The notes under the pieces were generated by a model. It made no database searches. It was not told the origin of the DNA and saw only the letters and a program-made list of their open reading frames with translations. This document shows, one piece after another, positions 1 to 20,600 of a DNA stretch of 45,501 bases. The position numbers and the translations under genes are program-made. Each line of letters opens with the position of its first letter. Positions within the stretch are counted from its first letter, which is position 1. Where the stretch lies: contig JAQGDQ010001040.1 in assembly GCA_030141605.1 (NCBI GenBank), forward strand, positions 22,780-68,280, given 5' to 3'. Source of the stretch: Tubiluchus corallicola (lineage: Eukaryota > Animalia > Priapulida).

Positions 1-1620
1 ATGGCGGAAAAATTTTTGTTAAACAGCGTACAAGAACATTCGTTAAATAGTAATAATATCTATCATGTCAAATCAAATCACGTCTCAAAAACGTATTTTA
101 TGTAAAAAATATTAAATTATATAGTACACAAAAGTAATTTTCTTAAAGTAACTCTACCTTTCTTCTTTGAACTGCACTAGTTCGTGTAGTTGCACTAGCA
201 TCCTCTGCTGTTTCTACCATGAGGGTGCCACCCCACCTAACCTGTCTGTAAATCTAACTATGCTTTTAGCCCGCACCTGCCATGTTTGACTTGCATGTTT
301 CACCTCTTTTCTTAACCTCTAATACCATCAGCAGTTAGCGAGTTGCTTTTCTCAGCATTTATACTAGCCATGCTCACCCCAAACTTCTAGTATGTCGCTA
401 AAGACTTTTGGAAGTATATTATTCAAGACTTCAAGACTTTCTGATAGTTCAAAAGCAATTTTAGTATATGCAGCACACGTACTGTATAGCAGTACTCGAT
501 ACCGTGCTGGTGATAGTACAAAATGCTTAACGTAGCGACACCTCTGGATAAAAAAGAAAGCACCAAGAACTAATGCGTTTTAACAACGGGAAAGCAGAAA
601 AAAGTTTTGATGTTTTTTTTGGGGGGGGGGGTCAAAAAACATTAATACCAATTGACCTCGCAAAGCATGTCAACGTCTGATGAGATCAAGGGAAACATAT
701 TGTGGAGTTTCCACTTTGAAAACAGAAGCAGTGTGGAAATGACATGAAAATGTTTCTATTTTCAGGACACCAGAAAAGCAGGAACAACATTTTTCACCTC
801 AAAACAATAATTAGACCTGTGCAGTCATTTAAGTGAGCTAACTCGTTCAGTAGGCCTGCAATCCAAAGAGGAAGAAAATGTTTAAATGTTTCTTCAGTTT
901 CTTGTAAGCGACTCCCTTGTCCAATGGATGGCGTATATTTGCACAGTATACTACACAAAAGTGTTTACATTGCTACTGTGTCGGCATCTAATTAAATTAT
1001 TATTGAATTAATAGAAGCTAGTGTATCCAAAAGCTAAACAAACGTGGTTCAGCATTGTTACCAATGAAACTGTACAATCAGAGAATATGTTATCAGCCCT
1101 CTAACACATGCACCCGTGTCAGCGTCTATGTTAACACTTCGAATCTTAAACAGGGGGAGGGGTGATTTTGTAGGGCCCTGGGTTAGAGATACTGTGAGAC
1201 CCCGGCCACACCGGCCCCCGGCGACAAATAACAGAAGCATGAAAGTTGGATTCTTCAAATCACTTTAACTTTTACAACGTAATGCCAACGTTAGACCCAC
1301 ATAGATGGATGCAAGTCTAACATAACAAAAAGAGAAGAGACATTCTGAAATTTACAAAATTAGAATAAGTTTTTGAAATATGTTAAAAATAATGCGTACA
1401 AACTACCACTACTTCTCGGGACAGAAATGTGACCTCAATTCCTACAAAACTGTGTCTCTGTAATCAGGATTGCCAGTATAGCAGTACCAATGGGTTGGAA
1501 TAATGGACAAGAAAATAATTCCAGTGTATTATTATACTGTGTACTAATTAAATGTGCCCTTTTTAAAGAGATAATTCAGCATACTTCTACTCTAATTATT
1601 CAATAACTTCTTACAGGAAA

Positions 1621-4600
1621 TTAATTCCACTTAATGTCTAGAGGGCCCCTCAGCTGGTCGAGCCCATACAGCCCTTGCCTCAATGCGGTATTGTAATAAG
1701 GATTTTGATAGTGTCTTACCAGTGACTGATTTTGCACATTGAGAAGCAAGCAGCGTTTTTCTAGCATAGACACTTCACTTTTCAGCTCCCGGATTCGCTT
1801 GAGTAGAATGGCTTCTCTTTTTTCAGCTGGCGTTTTCTCCACTTCAGCTTGTTTCTGCAATGAACAAATGCAAACAAAGGTCGTTGATGTTTGCTTAGTG
1901 ATCGCTAATCAAGCTAATTGCACTAATGATATGTTAAAAGTAATTAAAACACGTTAAACAAATCATTATTCGTTACCAAAACGCCTTGTTTGTTTTACCA
2001 AGCAAGGTACAGCAAACGTTTCAGAATACAATTGATTCGGTTTTCAGTAAAAAAAGGCAAAATTATTTAATTCACAGTCTATCGGGTGCCTTGACAGACA
2101 GACAAAGTCAAAATAAGTATTTATATTTGGTTGTTTATGGAATATGAAGGTTAACTAAACATCTTTATCATATGCTTACTGGGCAATGGATTTATTCAAT
2201 ATTCACTCCGGGAGGCCATACTACTTACAATATCTTTCACTGCGTGATGTCCATTTTTCTTAAAGAAAAATGTTTCTTGGAGTATAATTGAAGGGTAGTA
2301 TAGGCTAGTATAGGCTGCAGAGTAGGGCGCCCTGCTAAAAGATTTCCAAATATGTATATATATAAATGAGTATAATATTTTGACATTTTGCATTGCTGAA
2401 TAATTCCTTTTAGCTTAAAATAAAATTTAAACTTTAAAAAAGGAGGCCCGGAAGTCTGAAAACCCGGTTTTGAAAATGCGCCCCTGTTTAAGACCTTTTA
2501 TTTGAGATAAGACGCCTCAGTTTCGGGCCCTCGCGTAAATCACGGGGTCCCAGTCAATGTTTGTTTATCATCTTGCTGGTGAGTTAGAGGGTGGCTCCGT
2601 CCGAGGGGGTCCCACAATTTCATTAGCCTAGGGACCCAAAAAGATCCTAATCCGGCCCTGTATAGCCTCGTTCATGGGCATGTCTGACTTGTATGCCATG
2701 CAGAAGTATAAAATCAACAGCCTTAAGCTACGACTCCATGTGTGCGTAATGCGTGATCCGTATTCAACAGTTAACATTTTAACACGTGGAAGTGTTTCCT
2801 TGTGTACGTAATGCGTAATCCGTAATGCGTGATACGCACTCACTCAAACGTGATGGCTGTCGTCTGAATACGCATCACGCATTACGCGTACATGGAATCG
2901 TGCTTTACAGTCAAGATTGAATCCTCATCAAATGGGCTACTACTACGACTATGCACTTACACATGAGCAGCATTGTGGAATTAATTACTTCGTGGAACCA
3001 AATGAGTAGGCCTAGAGCAAACTAAGAAATTCCTCCTTTATTTAGAAGTAATATCGTCGAATGCGAAGACAATCTTTTTTCAAAGTCGTAATTTGCGTCA
3101 TAATTAAATTCCTGTATGCTTATATATATGTAGTTCTCCTATAGACTTATTATATTCATTGATTTCATACAGATACGCAGTCTGTGACACAGATGTTTAA
3201 AAACGAAGGTTAAGTGCAAACGCCAACAGATGTGCTAATTAATAAGCCTAATAACCTGCATGGTATCATTTCAGGAATAAAGTTAGTCCGGAATGTGAAG
3301 CATTGGATTACTTGCGGATGGAGTTTTTCTACCCAAATGCCTGGATAAATCATTTAGAGCGACATTTAATGTTGTCATGTAATCCGTTTCTTCGTGAATG
3401 TGTCATTTAGTAAAATCATTGCTATGGAATATCGTAAACATTCAGAATACAGAAGAACTTTACTGTGACGTCACAATACAAAAACTAGCTAAAAATATTA
3501 TTATATGAAGAACAAGAACGAAATAGACGGTTTCCGATTGTTTCGCAAACAAAAACTGGTTCTTGGACTTTTTGAACAATGAAATTTTCCAATTGTTATT
3601 TCAATTATATTGTTACATGGACATTGTTTGCAGAAATAAGATTATTATATATTAACTTTATATCGTTTGGATATTCCTACTTTAACTTTATATCCTTTAT
3701 TATAACTAATTTAGTAAAACTGAGAACCAGTTTATCTCATGCATGAATGTTAAGCCAGGCTTAGCTGTTAATAATTTTCGTAATGAATTTACTACGGAAA
3801 GTGAGACAATAAAATTATTACGATATCCGGAGCATTGAAGACCAGTTGTACAGGTTTTTCCCATCTCCTTCTTTGCATGCTGTTGGAAAGCTTTGGGTAA
3901 TGCATTCATAATTTTGAAGAACTCATTCTTTGACTGTCTTTATTCCACACCTGCGTCCATAGACCATTCGTACAGCTCATATTATCTGCATAATCGACAA
4001 AATTACACAATTGAAATTCATCGTGTTTGTTCACACATAAACTCCCGAGAAACTGTAGCCCTTCTGGTCACGTGATTCGCAAACTGGTCCATCAGATACA
4101 CTTCCATCACAGTACAGCGAAGTGAGGTTCAAACCGTTCAAGTTCACGTCTCTGCAAAAACTCGTAAGCATTTTCCTGATCTCTTAATTGGGAATTCCGC
4201 CGGGCTGTGTTAGTACTTCCAGAACAGCCACATATACGCGTTATGAAGTCCACATGGTTAATGCAAACATTGAGACCGTGGATGCCTTTCACGCTTATAG
4301 AATCACAAATAAAAATATCATGTACCACTGACTGCAGGCTAGGTTTTAATGTACAAGTTTGGCTTCTATAACTTTTCCAGATGTCTGCATAACCTCTGAT
4401 CAGACGTCAGTGTTTATGGCCAATGTAGTTTATACAATGGTGAGCATTGTAAACGTCTTGATTTACAAGAAAGAGACGTGGCATAAGCTTAAAGGAAAGG
4501 GAAGTCACTTAGCATGTTGAGTTTATTTTAATGTTGCGACTTAAACTTTGAAAAATATAACAAAGAAATTTGTAACAAAACTGTCTGCAAAGCGTAAAGT

Positions 4601-5370
4601 TAATTTGTATTACCGCTGTATAGGCGATGGTAGCCGACACTTTCACTTGTAAAAATTATGACGTAGCTGGTGTACTCCGTGACTTTTCGTAAGCGTATCG
4701 TGTTTTTCCGTAAGCCCGTGTTATTTAAGCTAATGAAACTTCTGAAGCTCACTTGACGTTCATGCAAAAATATCACAAAATTAGCTAATTTCTTGCAAAA
4801 AATAATTATACTTTTAATGAAAATTTCTCTTCCTTCTTCTGTCTACTTTTCTCTAGTCGATGAATGACGTCATTGGTGGTAGAATGTGCTTTCAAAATGG
4901 GAGCCTCCGAGCGTGAAATGATCGCGACTTTAAAGAGATTTTACTAATTTACTAATTACTAATTAACTACTTAGATGCTCATCACGCTTTTATTACTAAA
5001 TCCTGCTAACAATTTTCGTGAACAATGAAGTAAACTTAACTTCCCAGAAGACTTAGCCTTTTTTTAATAAACCGTCAGAATTTCTGGATTCATATTGAAT
5101 TTACGATTCATGGATCCATTCTTTTACTGAAAACTTCTAAATTAGGACCTACTTTACACCAACAAGCCAAATTGTGCCTAGGCGTTTTAAGTTTGACCTA
5201 ATGGCCTAAAGTATAGGCCTTCACATCGGCCTATAATAGGCACATAAGCCAAAAAATGAGGAAAAGTAGGCAAATGAACAGCAGTTTGTACATTACATTT
5301 GCATTACCTTTTCACCAGCATTGGATTCAGATGACCTTGAACTCGGTGGGGTGAGTGACGCAGATTCCAT
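1621..5370 (-). CDS. Predicted 98-aa leucine-zipper microprotein of unrecognised family; two coding exons, 5308-5370 and 1621-1854
   Basis: The ATG at 5370 has an in-frame upstream TGA. The exon encodes MESASLTPPSSRSSESNAGEK and ends at AAG|gtaatg (phase 0). Acceptor ttgttcattgcag| leads to KQAEVEK...LDIKWN* (phase 0). Heptad Leu repeat LLKRIRE-LKSEVSM-LEKRCLL-LNVQNQS-L. A probable non-coding first exon ends at donor CAG|gtaagt (7250) and would splice to a NAGNAG acceptor at 5427/5430. No homolog recognised. Confidence 0.55.
2726..2904. mobile_element. Short MITE, PIF/Harbinger-like
   Basis: Imperfect terminal inverted repeats of about 40 bp (agctacgactccatgtgtgcgtaatgcgtgatccgtattca / tgaatacgcatcacgcattacgcgtacatggaatcgtgct), flanked by TTA at 2723-2725 and 2905-2907. 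Confidence 0.6.
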
Positions 5371-7249
5371 AACTCAAAACAAAATTCGAGCTTGAACGCT
5401 TATGCAGTTTTTCTTCAAGCTTTTTACCTACTGAATAAAGTGATTTTGTTAATATACCTATAAAGAATAATGTTGGCAAATAATGTTAGAATACCATTAA
5501 GCAAAATAAGCATGTGCTTAGGACCTCGGTGGAAAAGGTGCTCAAGCAGTTTTTTCAAGTCGAATAATTAGACAAAAGTAAAATATACCCGAAGTTTGTG
5601 ACTATTTCTGTGTTTGCTTAAACGGCACGGATTGGTATCGAAATTCTGCCTACTGAACAGTCTGATCTACTCACTGCCCATATGATGACATTAATTGATT
5701 ATGTAATATCGCCTCTGTATTTTTTATCTAATATCACCTTTTTAACCAAAATAAGCTTTACATAAATCATACTGCAAGTTTTTTGTATCGATCTCATTTT
5801 ATACTTTAGTATTGTTATTATTCTAAATTACACTTATATGGGTACTATAATTTTTTCAGTGCCTAGGGGCTCTTGAGGTCTTAATCCGGCATTGTTATAA
5901 ACTCTTACGCCTGGAGAAAATTCAAAGTTTAAACTAATATTGCAAATTTTTTGCACTTTCTAATTTAGTATTGCTTTCATGTGCGTTGATAAATATGCTC
6001 GATTTCGTACAATGACTTGATACAGTATGGACTGTGATTTCACGAGACCTGCACGACGTAAACTTCTGCAAATGAAATGTCAGAGTATCTCTGCTGTGTC
6101 TTTAGCACAACTGATCCGAAAAACAGAAGGTTTGGGGTTCCAGTCCCTTGGAGTGCATTTATCTGATAGCTCTGAGACAGATGGATAGACAAAACATACA
6201 GCCATTAGCTATTATAGTAATCATGTTACTAAACGCCGTCTTGCCATAGACCAAGAGGAATATAATATTATAGTCCTAATATCAATTTTTTTGTCAGTGA
6301 AGTTGTGCACTCTGTGAACTCTATTTTGACTGTAACATAACATACGACTCTTAGTGTTTAAGTATTTTAATAATAAAATTAGCAATTATTACCAGAATTA
6401 CTCCACAGACAACAAGAGAAGAAGCTTTCTATGTGAATGAATATGAAACAGTAGTATGCGCTTTGTTAAATGATGTGCTTTATGGTCTAGAAAAGAAAGG
6501 TTTTTGTTTTTACTTGCAAAGAAGAACTGCTGTGTATAGTGGTATGTGTGCGTTAAGCACTCCTAGGTAGTAATAATAGGCTTACTTTACATTTTTGCAT
6601 AGTTACTGTGCAACATGTTTCGTTTTTTCTGGGTTTCTTTTTGTTAATCTGCCTATTTATATATTAACTAATTAAACTGCATTTACGTGTCTATTGTAAG
6701 CATGTATGTTCTAATAAATGATAATAATAATAGTTATTGCAGACAATTACTATGAATGTTATCAGAGTTATCATAAACACGACATAAACACGAAATAGTA
6801 GTTATTGTGAGAACGTTGTTGCCAACTTACCCAAATCGATTTTTCAAAAACAGAAATAATACGCAATGCTAAATTAATTCTGACAAACGCACGTGATTTC
6901 CAAAACACGTAAAACTGTTTCTACCTGCTGGCTGCTGTCACTTAAAGACGTAGCGATGTACATAATTAAACTGATTATAAGTGATGTACGTATAAAATGA
7001 ATGTAAATCACTTATCAGTAACTAAGTCAAGCAACTCACATAATTCGTTTTGCTTAAACCGTTAATCGTACTACACCACTAGCAATAATGGACCTTATAA
7101 CGCATATATTCATGAAACAGGTTTTTGCTATTATCGAGCATCCGTGGGTCTATCACCCGATTGTGATATCCACACGAACACGAGAACACACAACAACGAA
7201 CACAAGAACAATTTTAAACAGTTTCTTTTTTGTGTTAAAAGAAACTTAC

Positions 7250-7425
7250 CTGTTAAGTTTGTGATAAGACGTTCGCTTACAAAAACCAATACTTTCACGT
7301 AATCAACTCGTATTTAAAGGTTGGAATAAAAGCGCTTACATTTGTACATAATGAATAGTAATCGTTGTTAGTGCAACGGAGCAATAACCTGTGAAATTTC
7401 ACAGTCGCGTATGCCGGATGTAACT
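7250..7425 (-). promoter_or_regulatory. Probable non-coding first exon and promoter of the leucine-zipper gene
   Basis: Consensus minus-strand donor CAG|GTAAGT at 7250. Upstream lie an X-box-like GTTGTTAGTGCAAC (7364-7377), a perfect palindrome CTGTGAAATTTCACAG (7389-7404) and an ETS-like CCGGATGT (7414-7421). Motif evidence only. Confidence 0.3.
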
Positions 7426-10270
7426 ACTTGTAACTAGAAAAATGTTTCCATTTGAGCAATAATTATTAACCAGTTGAAGTCTATTTGATTTTCCTTGTTT
7501 TCTAGATCAACAGCAAAGTGGATTATCGTTTAAGTACGCAGCAGGAATGAACAACAGAGAAAGTGTTGAAAAGATCTTGAAACTTATCTAGGGCATATTA
7601 GGATGTTAGTTAGAAGCAATTTAGTGCTGCTTCTGAATTCGACGAGTTAAATGGACTAACAAATGAATAAGGCAAATAGGGCATAGCCAGTAAAAAAAGC
7701 ACAGTAAATATTCTAATATATCTATTACTTTAGTCTTTTTACGTGTTACGTACCAAGTTGCAGTGGATTAAATGTCCGTTTGCCTTGACCTATTACAATT
7801 CATATACCCGTCCTTACATACTGAATTTTAAAAACATTTACAAATTTCTGAAAATTACAAACATTATCGAATTACCACGAAGTGCTTTACCATATAGGAT
7901 GGTTTTGCTGAAGCCGCATTTAGAAGATAAATATACATGTTATTCTGTTGACATTGTTCAATATATCTTTGTCAATAAAATTAATCCACCTGTAATGAGA
8001 ACGCACTTTAATTAAGTCAAACTTGCACAGGTGGTGAACTACAGGCCAGCATGCTGATACAATTGTTTTTTTTACTGTTGTCTTTCTTACGTTGTTGCTC
8101 ATAATTCACTTTCGTTATAAAAAAAGTTACTAAGAGTAACTAATGGTAATGTACTGTAGTTAGTGAGCGTATTGCACTGTTACACAGGTACTACTCTTCT
8201 CATAACAAAGCACAAGCAAAGACGAACACTGCAAGGCAACATATTATAAAGCAAACTATCAATCCTTCGTTGATGTTGGTATCTTTAATTGACTTAATGT
8301 CAACTTCAACTTTTATTTCACGAAAACAGACCAACACACATAATCATACATTTGATATAAATTACGCTGCACTGATGTTGTTGACAGACTAAGGACAAAC
8401 ACTTTTGTGGAAATATACTTTCCAGTGCTCCCCAATGTTCATTATTCTTAAATAGAAGTGCATCAAATTGCCATTTTTACAAGCTGTTTAGGTACATTGT
8501 AACAGTTCTATCAAAGTGCTTGACTTTTGAGAACCATTTCAACAAAATACAGAAACATGGTGCCAAATGCTCGGTTACCCTGTGCTAGATCCGCCTCAAC
8601 CAGCATCAATTGTCCTCTCTAGCAGGTGTTACCAAGTTATGCTGTGTCATCAAAGACAAATTACTGTCTGCTTTATTTGGATAGATGACTTCAACAATGT
8701 AATTCAATTTAGATAGGTTTTGTTTATGTAACACTTCTCTGTACATGGTCGCACGAAAACAAAAAGGGGACTTGTTAAAAGAAAATAACAAAATTAAAAA
8801 CGGAAATGTTCAACTTTATTTGAATAAATCACAGCATGGATAAAACAATAAATTCACAACACTACATTAATTTTACATTTTGTACCATTTACATTCAAAT
8901 TATAAATACTGTATTGTAAATTTTAAACTCATCGGGCAACATAGACTCTTTGCAAAAAGCAGAACATGTTAGCATTTCAACGATTATGTTTCTAGATTGC
9001 AGTAATGGTAATCTCAATATCTTGCGAGAATGAAATAACACAAAATTTACACCACTGTACAGTATCCACTGTCAAAAATTGAAAAAGCTTGGACTAGTGT
9101 AATTTAAACATGATTTTCATTCACTGCTTAATTAATGCAGAAAGTTTAACATGTAGGTAGCTGTTCAAACTTCAGGCAAGTAATGTCGTTTCTATTTAAA
9201 GAATTAATGACTGGGTTATTAATAGACATTAATTAATTCTGACAGCAAGAGACAGACAGTTTCATTTTAATTGCTCTTCTATAGAAGCAAAAACGACTTG
9301 ATATCATTACAGAAAAAGTCCAAAAACTTAATTAGTGATTTACGTGAAATTGTATGTCATGTCAGTTTGACTAGACAAGACAGATTGTAATTAAACATCA
9401 ACCTAAGAACAGTTCATTAAAGACAGCAAACAAAAAGATTTTCAATTATGATAAGGAAAATTATATTTCAAGCTGCCGCATGAAACTAGTGAAATTAGAT
9501 TTGATGGGATGAGAAAACTAGCAAAATAGCAAAAAAACAAGTTAAATGTTATAAAAAGAAAAGAAAGGCATATTCACATTTTGCAGCAATGTCTGATATG
9601 TACGTAGTCGATGACTTTGTTTGAGAAGTTCATAGTTATTGACATGGCTAATGGAAACTGTGTCTCTGCAGTGCATGCAAGTGCAAATAGTTACACTGGA
9701 AACAATAGCAACTGTCTATATACTTATAATAGTTATTAAAAAGGAGCATTTTGGACTAGACATTGTAGTGTGTCAACAATCTTGCAAAAAATGGAAAGTA
9801 GGTTAATAAAGGTTATTGATGACACAAATATAGTTATTAAACTATTGTTCAGTAGAGAGCATCCTAGTACAGTAGAATAAAACAGACGAAAATTTTATTA
9901 AGAAAAGATGCAAAAGAAAATTTTCAGTCTTTTACTCGACATCAAAACTATTAAAGCTGTTATGTGCTGATCTGCCTTTATATGAAAACTAAAGACAAGA
10001 TATAAATAAAAATGCCAGCAAATAATAGACACTTTGAACACATAAATTGCAAATAAAAATGAGCATAGTTTATGAAACGGTAATAGTAACACCAAGGATA
10101 AAAAACAGAAACATAATGAGATGACTTTAATCAAGCTCTATATATTTCACAATGAAATGCAACACTAATCCACGTAGTCCACTAGAACAGACGAAAGAAC
10201 ATGACAGACTTTTTTGATCGTGATCATGGCAGCCTCCATCAGGAGCGGCATTAAAACGTCGAAGTCAAGT

Positions 10271-17411
<7,141 letters not shown>

Positions 17412-17600
17412 GTTGAAATTTTCTGCACAAACAAGCTGGGAAATCTTCGATTTTTACCTAACACTAGCACTTTGCCTGCATTGCTGAAATGGTAGAATTA
17501 AATTTTGATGTTATAGTATTACACTAAAATTGCAATGTGAAACAATTGTTCGGTTATTTTCCGAAGACATGACTTTAACAGTCATTGAAGTAAACCAGAA
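17412..17600. promoter_or_regulatory. Putative bidirectional promoter or shared 5' region of RPAIN and B3GNTL1
   Basis: 189 bp separate the divergent ATGs at 17411 (minus) and 17601 (plus). Transcription start sites cannot be seen from sequence. Confidence 0.55.
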
Positions 17601-20600
17601 ATGGAGGTTATTGATTGCAAAGTACTTGTAGTAAGTGGTTTTTAGTTATATGACTTGGATGAAATTTTAGTTGCATTACAATATTTTATCCATGAATAGT
17701 TTACTTTGATAGTTTTTATCCAAAGCATTGTCAATAAACATTTATAACTACATTACAATAATCGTAAGGCATTACTGCAGCGAACAAAGCAGAAAACTTA
17801 CAGGCATAGGTAGTGTATTGCTGCAATAAACAAAGCAGAACAATTAAAGTTTCACTAAATCAGCTCAGGCCGATAACATAAACTCATATTCGTAGAAGCC
17901 TGAGCAGAAGGGCAAAACGGAAAGAAAAAGTGCAGACTGTGCAGAGATAAAAATAAACAAGGAGAATGAAACTCCAGGGAGAATGAATACCATACCTTAT
18001 CCATAGAAACAAGGACCTAGGTAGTAACGGTATAAGCGGTCCTCTCTCAAAATTAATGCCTTTTGAATTTATCACAGACCTGCCAACTCTCACGCATTAG
18101 GCATTTTAAGCCTTTTACACGTGCACACGCATCAAATTTCATTTCTCACGCATTCCACAACTTCACACGCAAGTTTACAAATCACCTGGTTTGAATGGCT
18201 TCCTTTGCCGTCAGTAGCAAGCACAACATAATTAGTCGCACTACTTTCAATAACATGCGTAGCAGCATTCACGAATCTAACAATGTGTATTACGCTAACG
18301 TGTATTACAATTACTGAAAATTAAGCACTTTTGGCTGCCATTCTCCAGCTTTTTTCATGTGTACAAAAGAACACAATTATTTATATATAGCATGGTGAAT
18401 TCCAAAACAGCATAAGAAAGCTCACAGGTACCCAAAAAATTACCTTATAATTTTTTTATCTTTTTGCTCCAATTTTCTGATAATTTGACTTTGATACCCA
18501 AAATAGCAAAAATTTCTGTGTCATAATTTGACCCCTCCCCGACCCTTGCCAAGGGCAAGAGGAGCCCTAGACTTCCTGTATCTCATTCACTCACTCATAT
18601 CTATCTCACTGAAGTACTGAAGTGAATGGTTAGCAGCTATGCTGTCGACTGGTCTTACTTACCAATTACCTTGAAATATCATTGATGAATTTAGTCACAG
18701 TGATTCTCCTCGATACGTAAAGTTGATGGTGCATTTAGTTGTTGGCAATTTGTAACGTCTATTTGTAATGTACACTAAAACCACAAAAAAAGATAGAAAA
18801 GGATTGGCCTGTGAGTAGGAAAAATATGTTTTACAGTAGGGAAAATACAGCCCATTGGCAAACAGCTGTACCTAGAGGCCATACGGTCAGACATTAACTA
18901 TTTCAATCACATGCCTGTTATGGTACTACTTTTGATTGAGTGACAAATCGGTCTGCACCACTGCGTATTTGTATCATTAAGATCAGTGTTATTTGCTAAC
19001 TCATTTCAACTTGTTCAACAGTGCTTAAAACAGCAAGTTGAATGCTTTGCTTTAATTTGTATTTTAGTCTATTATCATCCCGATTTATAATGCTGCCCAG
19101 TGGCTAGATGATACACTTTCGTCTGTGTGTGCTCAGGACTTTGATGGAAATTTGGAGCTCTCGGTCTTTAATGATGGTTCTACGGTAAGGGGAAGCTTTC
19201 TATAGCCTTGGTTATATGCTTATATTATTTACATGCCGTAGTTTAGCTGTATTTACAGGATAATGTAGGAAAACAGACTATTTTTACTTGAATAAAGCGA
19301 AATATGCTTTTTGAGAACTGACCAAAAGCATAAGTATACTCCTCATTTTCCATATCAACGTCAGTTTCTGGTTCCTATACAATGGTTAGAACTGTCGAGA
19401 TCTAACTCAGACCTCAATCAAGATTCTTCTCACTAATGTAAAACAAGGATACCTAAACTGAATCATGGATGTTATAATAAAAATAATTACTTTATGCCAA
19501 ACCTTTTAAAATCTTGAAATTCATTTTACTCCACATGAATTTGTTGGCAAACTCATAGTGTTTATAACTCCTTAATTGCAAACTTGGAAAGAAAGTTAAG
19601 AAACTTAAAACAGCTGAGCCAAGTGCTATTCGAGTTAAAAGCAATGAAATTCAAGTTAATGAAATTTGCCGCTAATGAGCATAAAGAAAAATTGTGATTC
19701 AATTTCTGTCATCAAATAATTGTGAAGAGCCTCATTGATGTTTGCTGTTAACAGTTTTAACCAAATTTAAAGATTAAAATTATGAATTTCCATAATACCT
19801 TCAAAAATCATACTCTAGTCTACTTCATGTCTTTCAATGCTGTTCATTTTCTTAGTTCTGTTTTCTTGCGGCATGTGATGACATTGCTCACTTGCATTTT
19901 TTGTTTCTACTTCAGTTGTATGATAAGTCAATAAAGGTTAACTTAAGCAGTGATTTTCGTTTCTTGTTCTTTTTCCTTTATTCACCTCAAAAAAGTATAG
20001 AGCATTGTGTTTATGCATCGTCATTCTTTTCATTTTCTTGTACTGGAATTTTTTGTTCGTTTATTTCCTATTTAACAGCAATGCATGGAGTACATTTCTG
20101 AACAACTAAAACCGTGTTTAGTTGAACTGCACATGCATTTTTTTGTGCACTAACTAGAGCTAACAAGAAAGTCTTTGTTCAGTTTGAGTTTATCAATAGT
20201 GAGTTTACATGTAAAGACAGTGGGGTTGCCACCACTCCTGATTTGGCTCGGAGTCTCCTGAAATTCAGCCGTCCGTACTTCGGTCAGATTTTTGAAAAAT
20301 TCTGAAATCTCCTGATTTTGACCATTGCAGTGAAATTTAAGTTTAAGTGGAAAAAGGGAAATACATTGACACGTTAAGAACTAAGCTGAAAACAGTGGAA
20401 TCTCTCTTAAGTAAAATAGTAAACTTATTAAATTAAGTTTAAACAGTTACGTGATCATTTAAAGCCGTCTACATTTTTGACAACTTTTGCTGCAGCGATG
20501 AGCGCTCCAGTGCAAGCATTCTTCCGGTTTATCTTCCATGCACACAACATGAAATGATTCCAGAAATCTCAAAAACGTAAGAAATGCATTGGGACTGGGA

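Noticed and set aside
1-105. ATGGCGG at the window start as a gene start
   Set aside because: The frame closes after about 34 codons with no convincing donor or homology, and the upstream context is missing.
2440-2660. GC-rich TIR-like ends (aaaatgcgcccctg; cctaatccggccctg), with a similar end near 5880
   Set aside because: They are probably MITE termini, but I found no partner TIR or TSD to delimit elements.
3700-4440. Coding-looking stretch in the intron of the zipper gene
   Set aside because: All minus-strand frames contain stops, splice signals are weak, and I recognise no homology. It may be a decayed TE or pseudogene.
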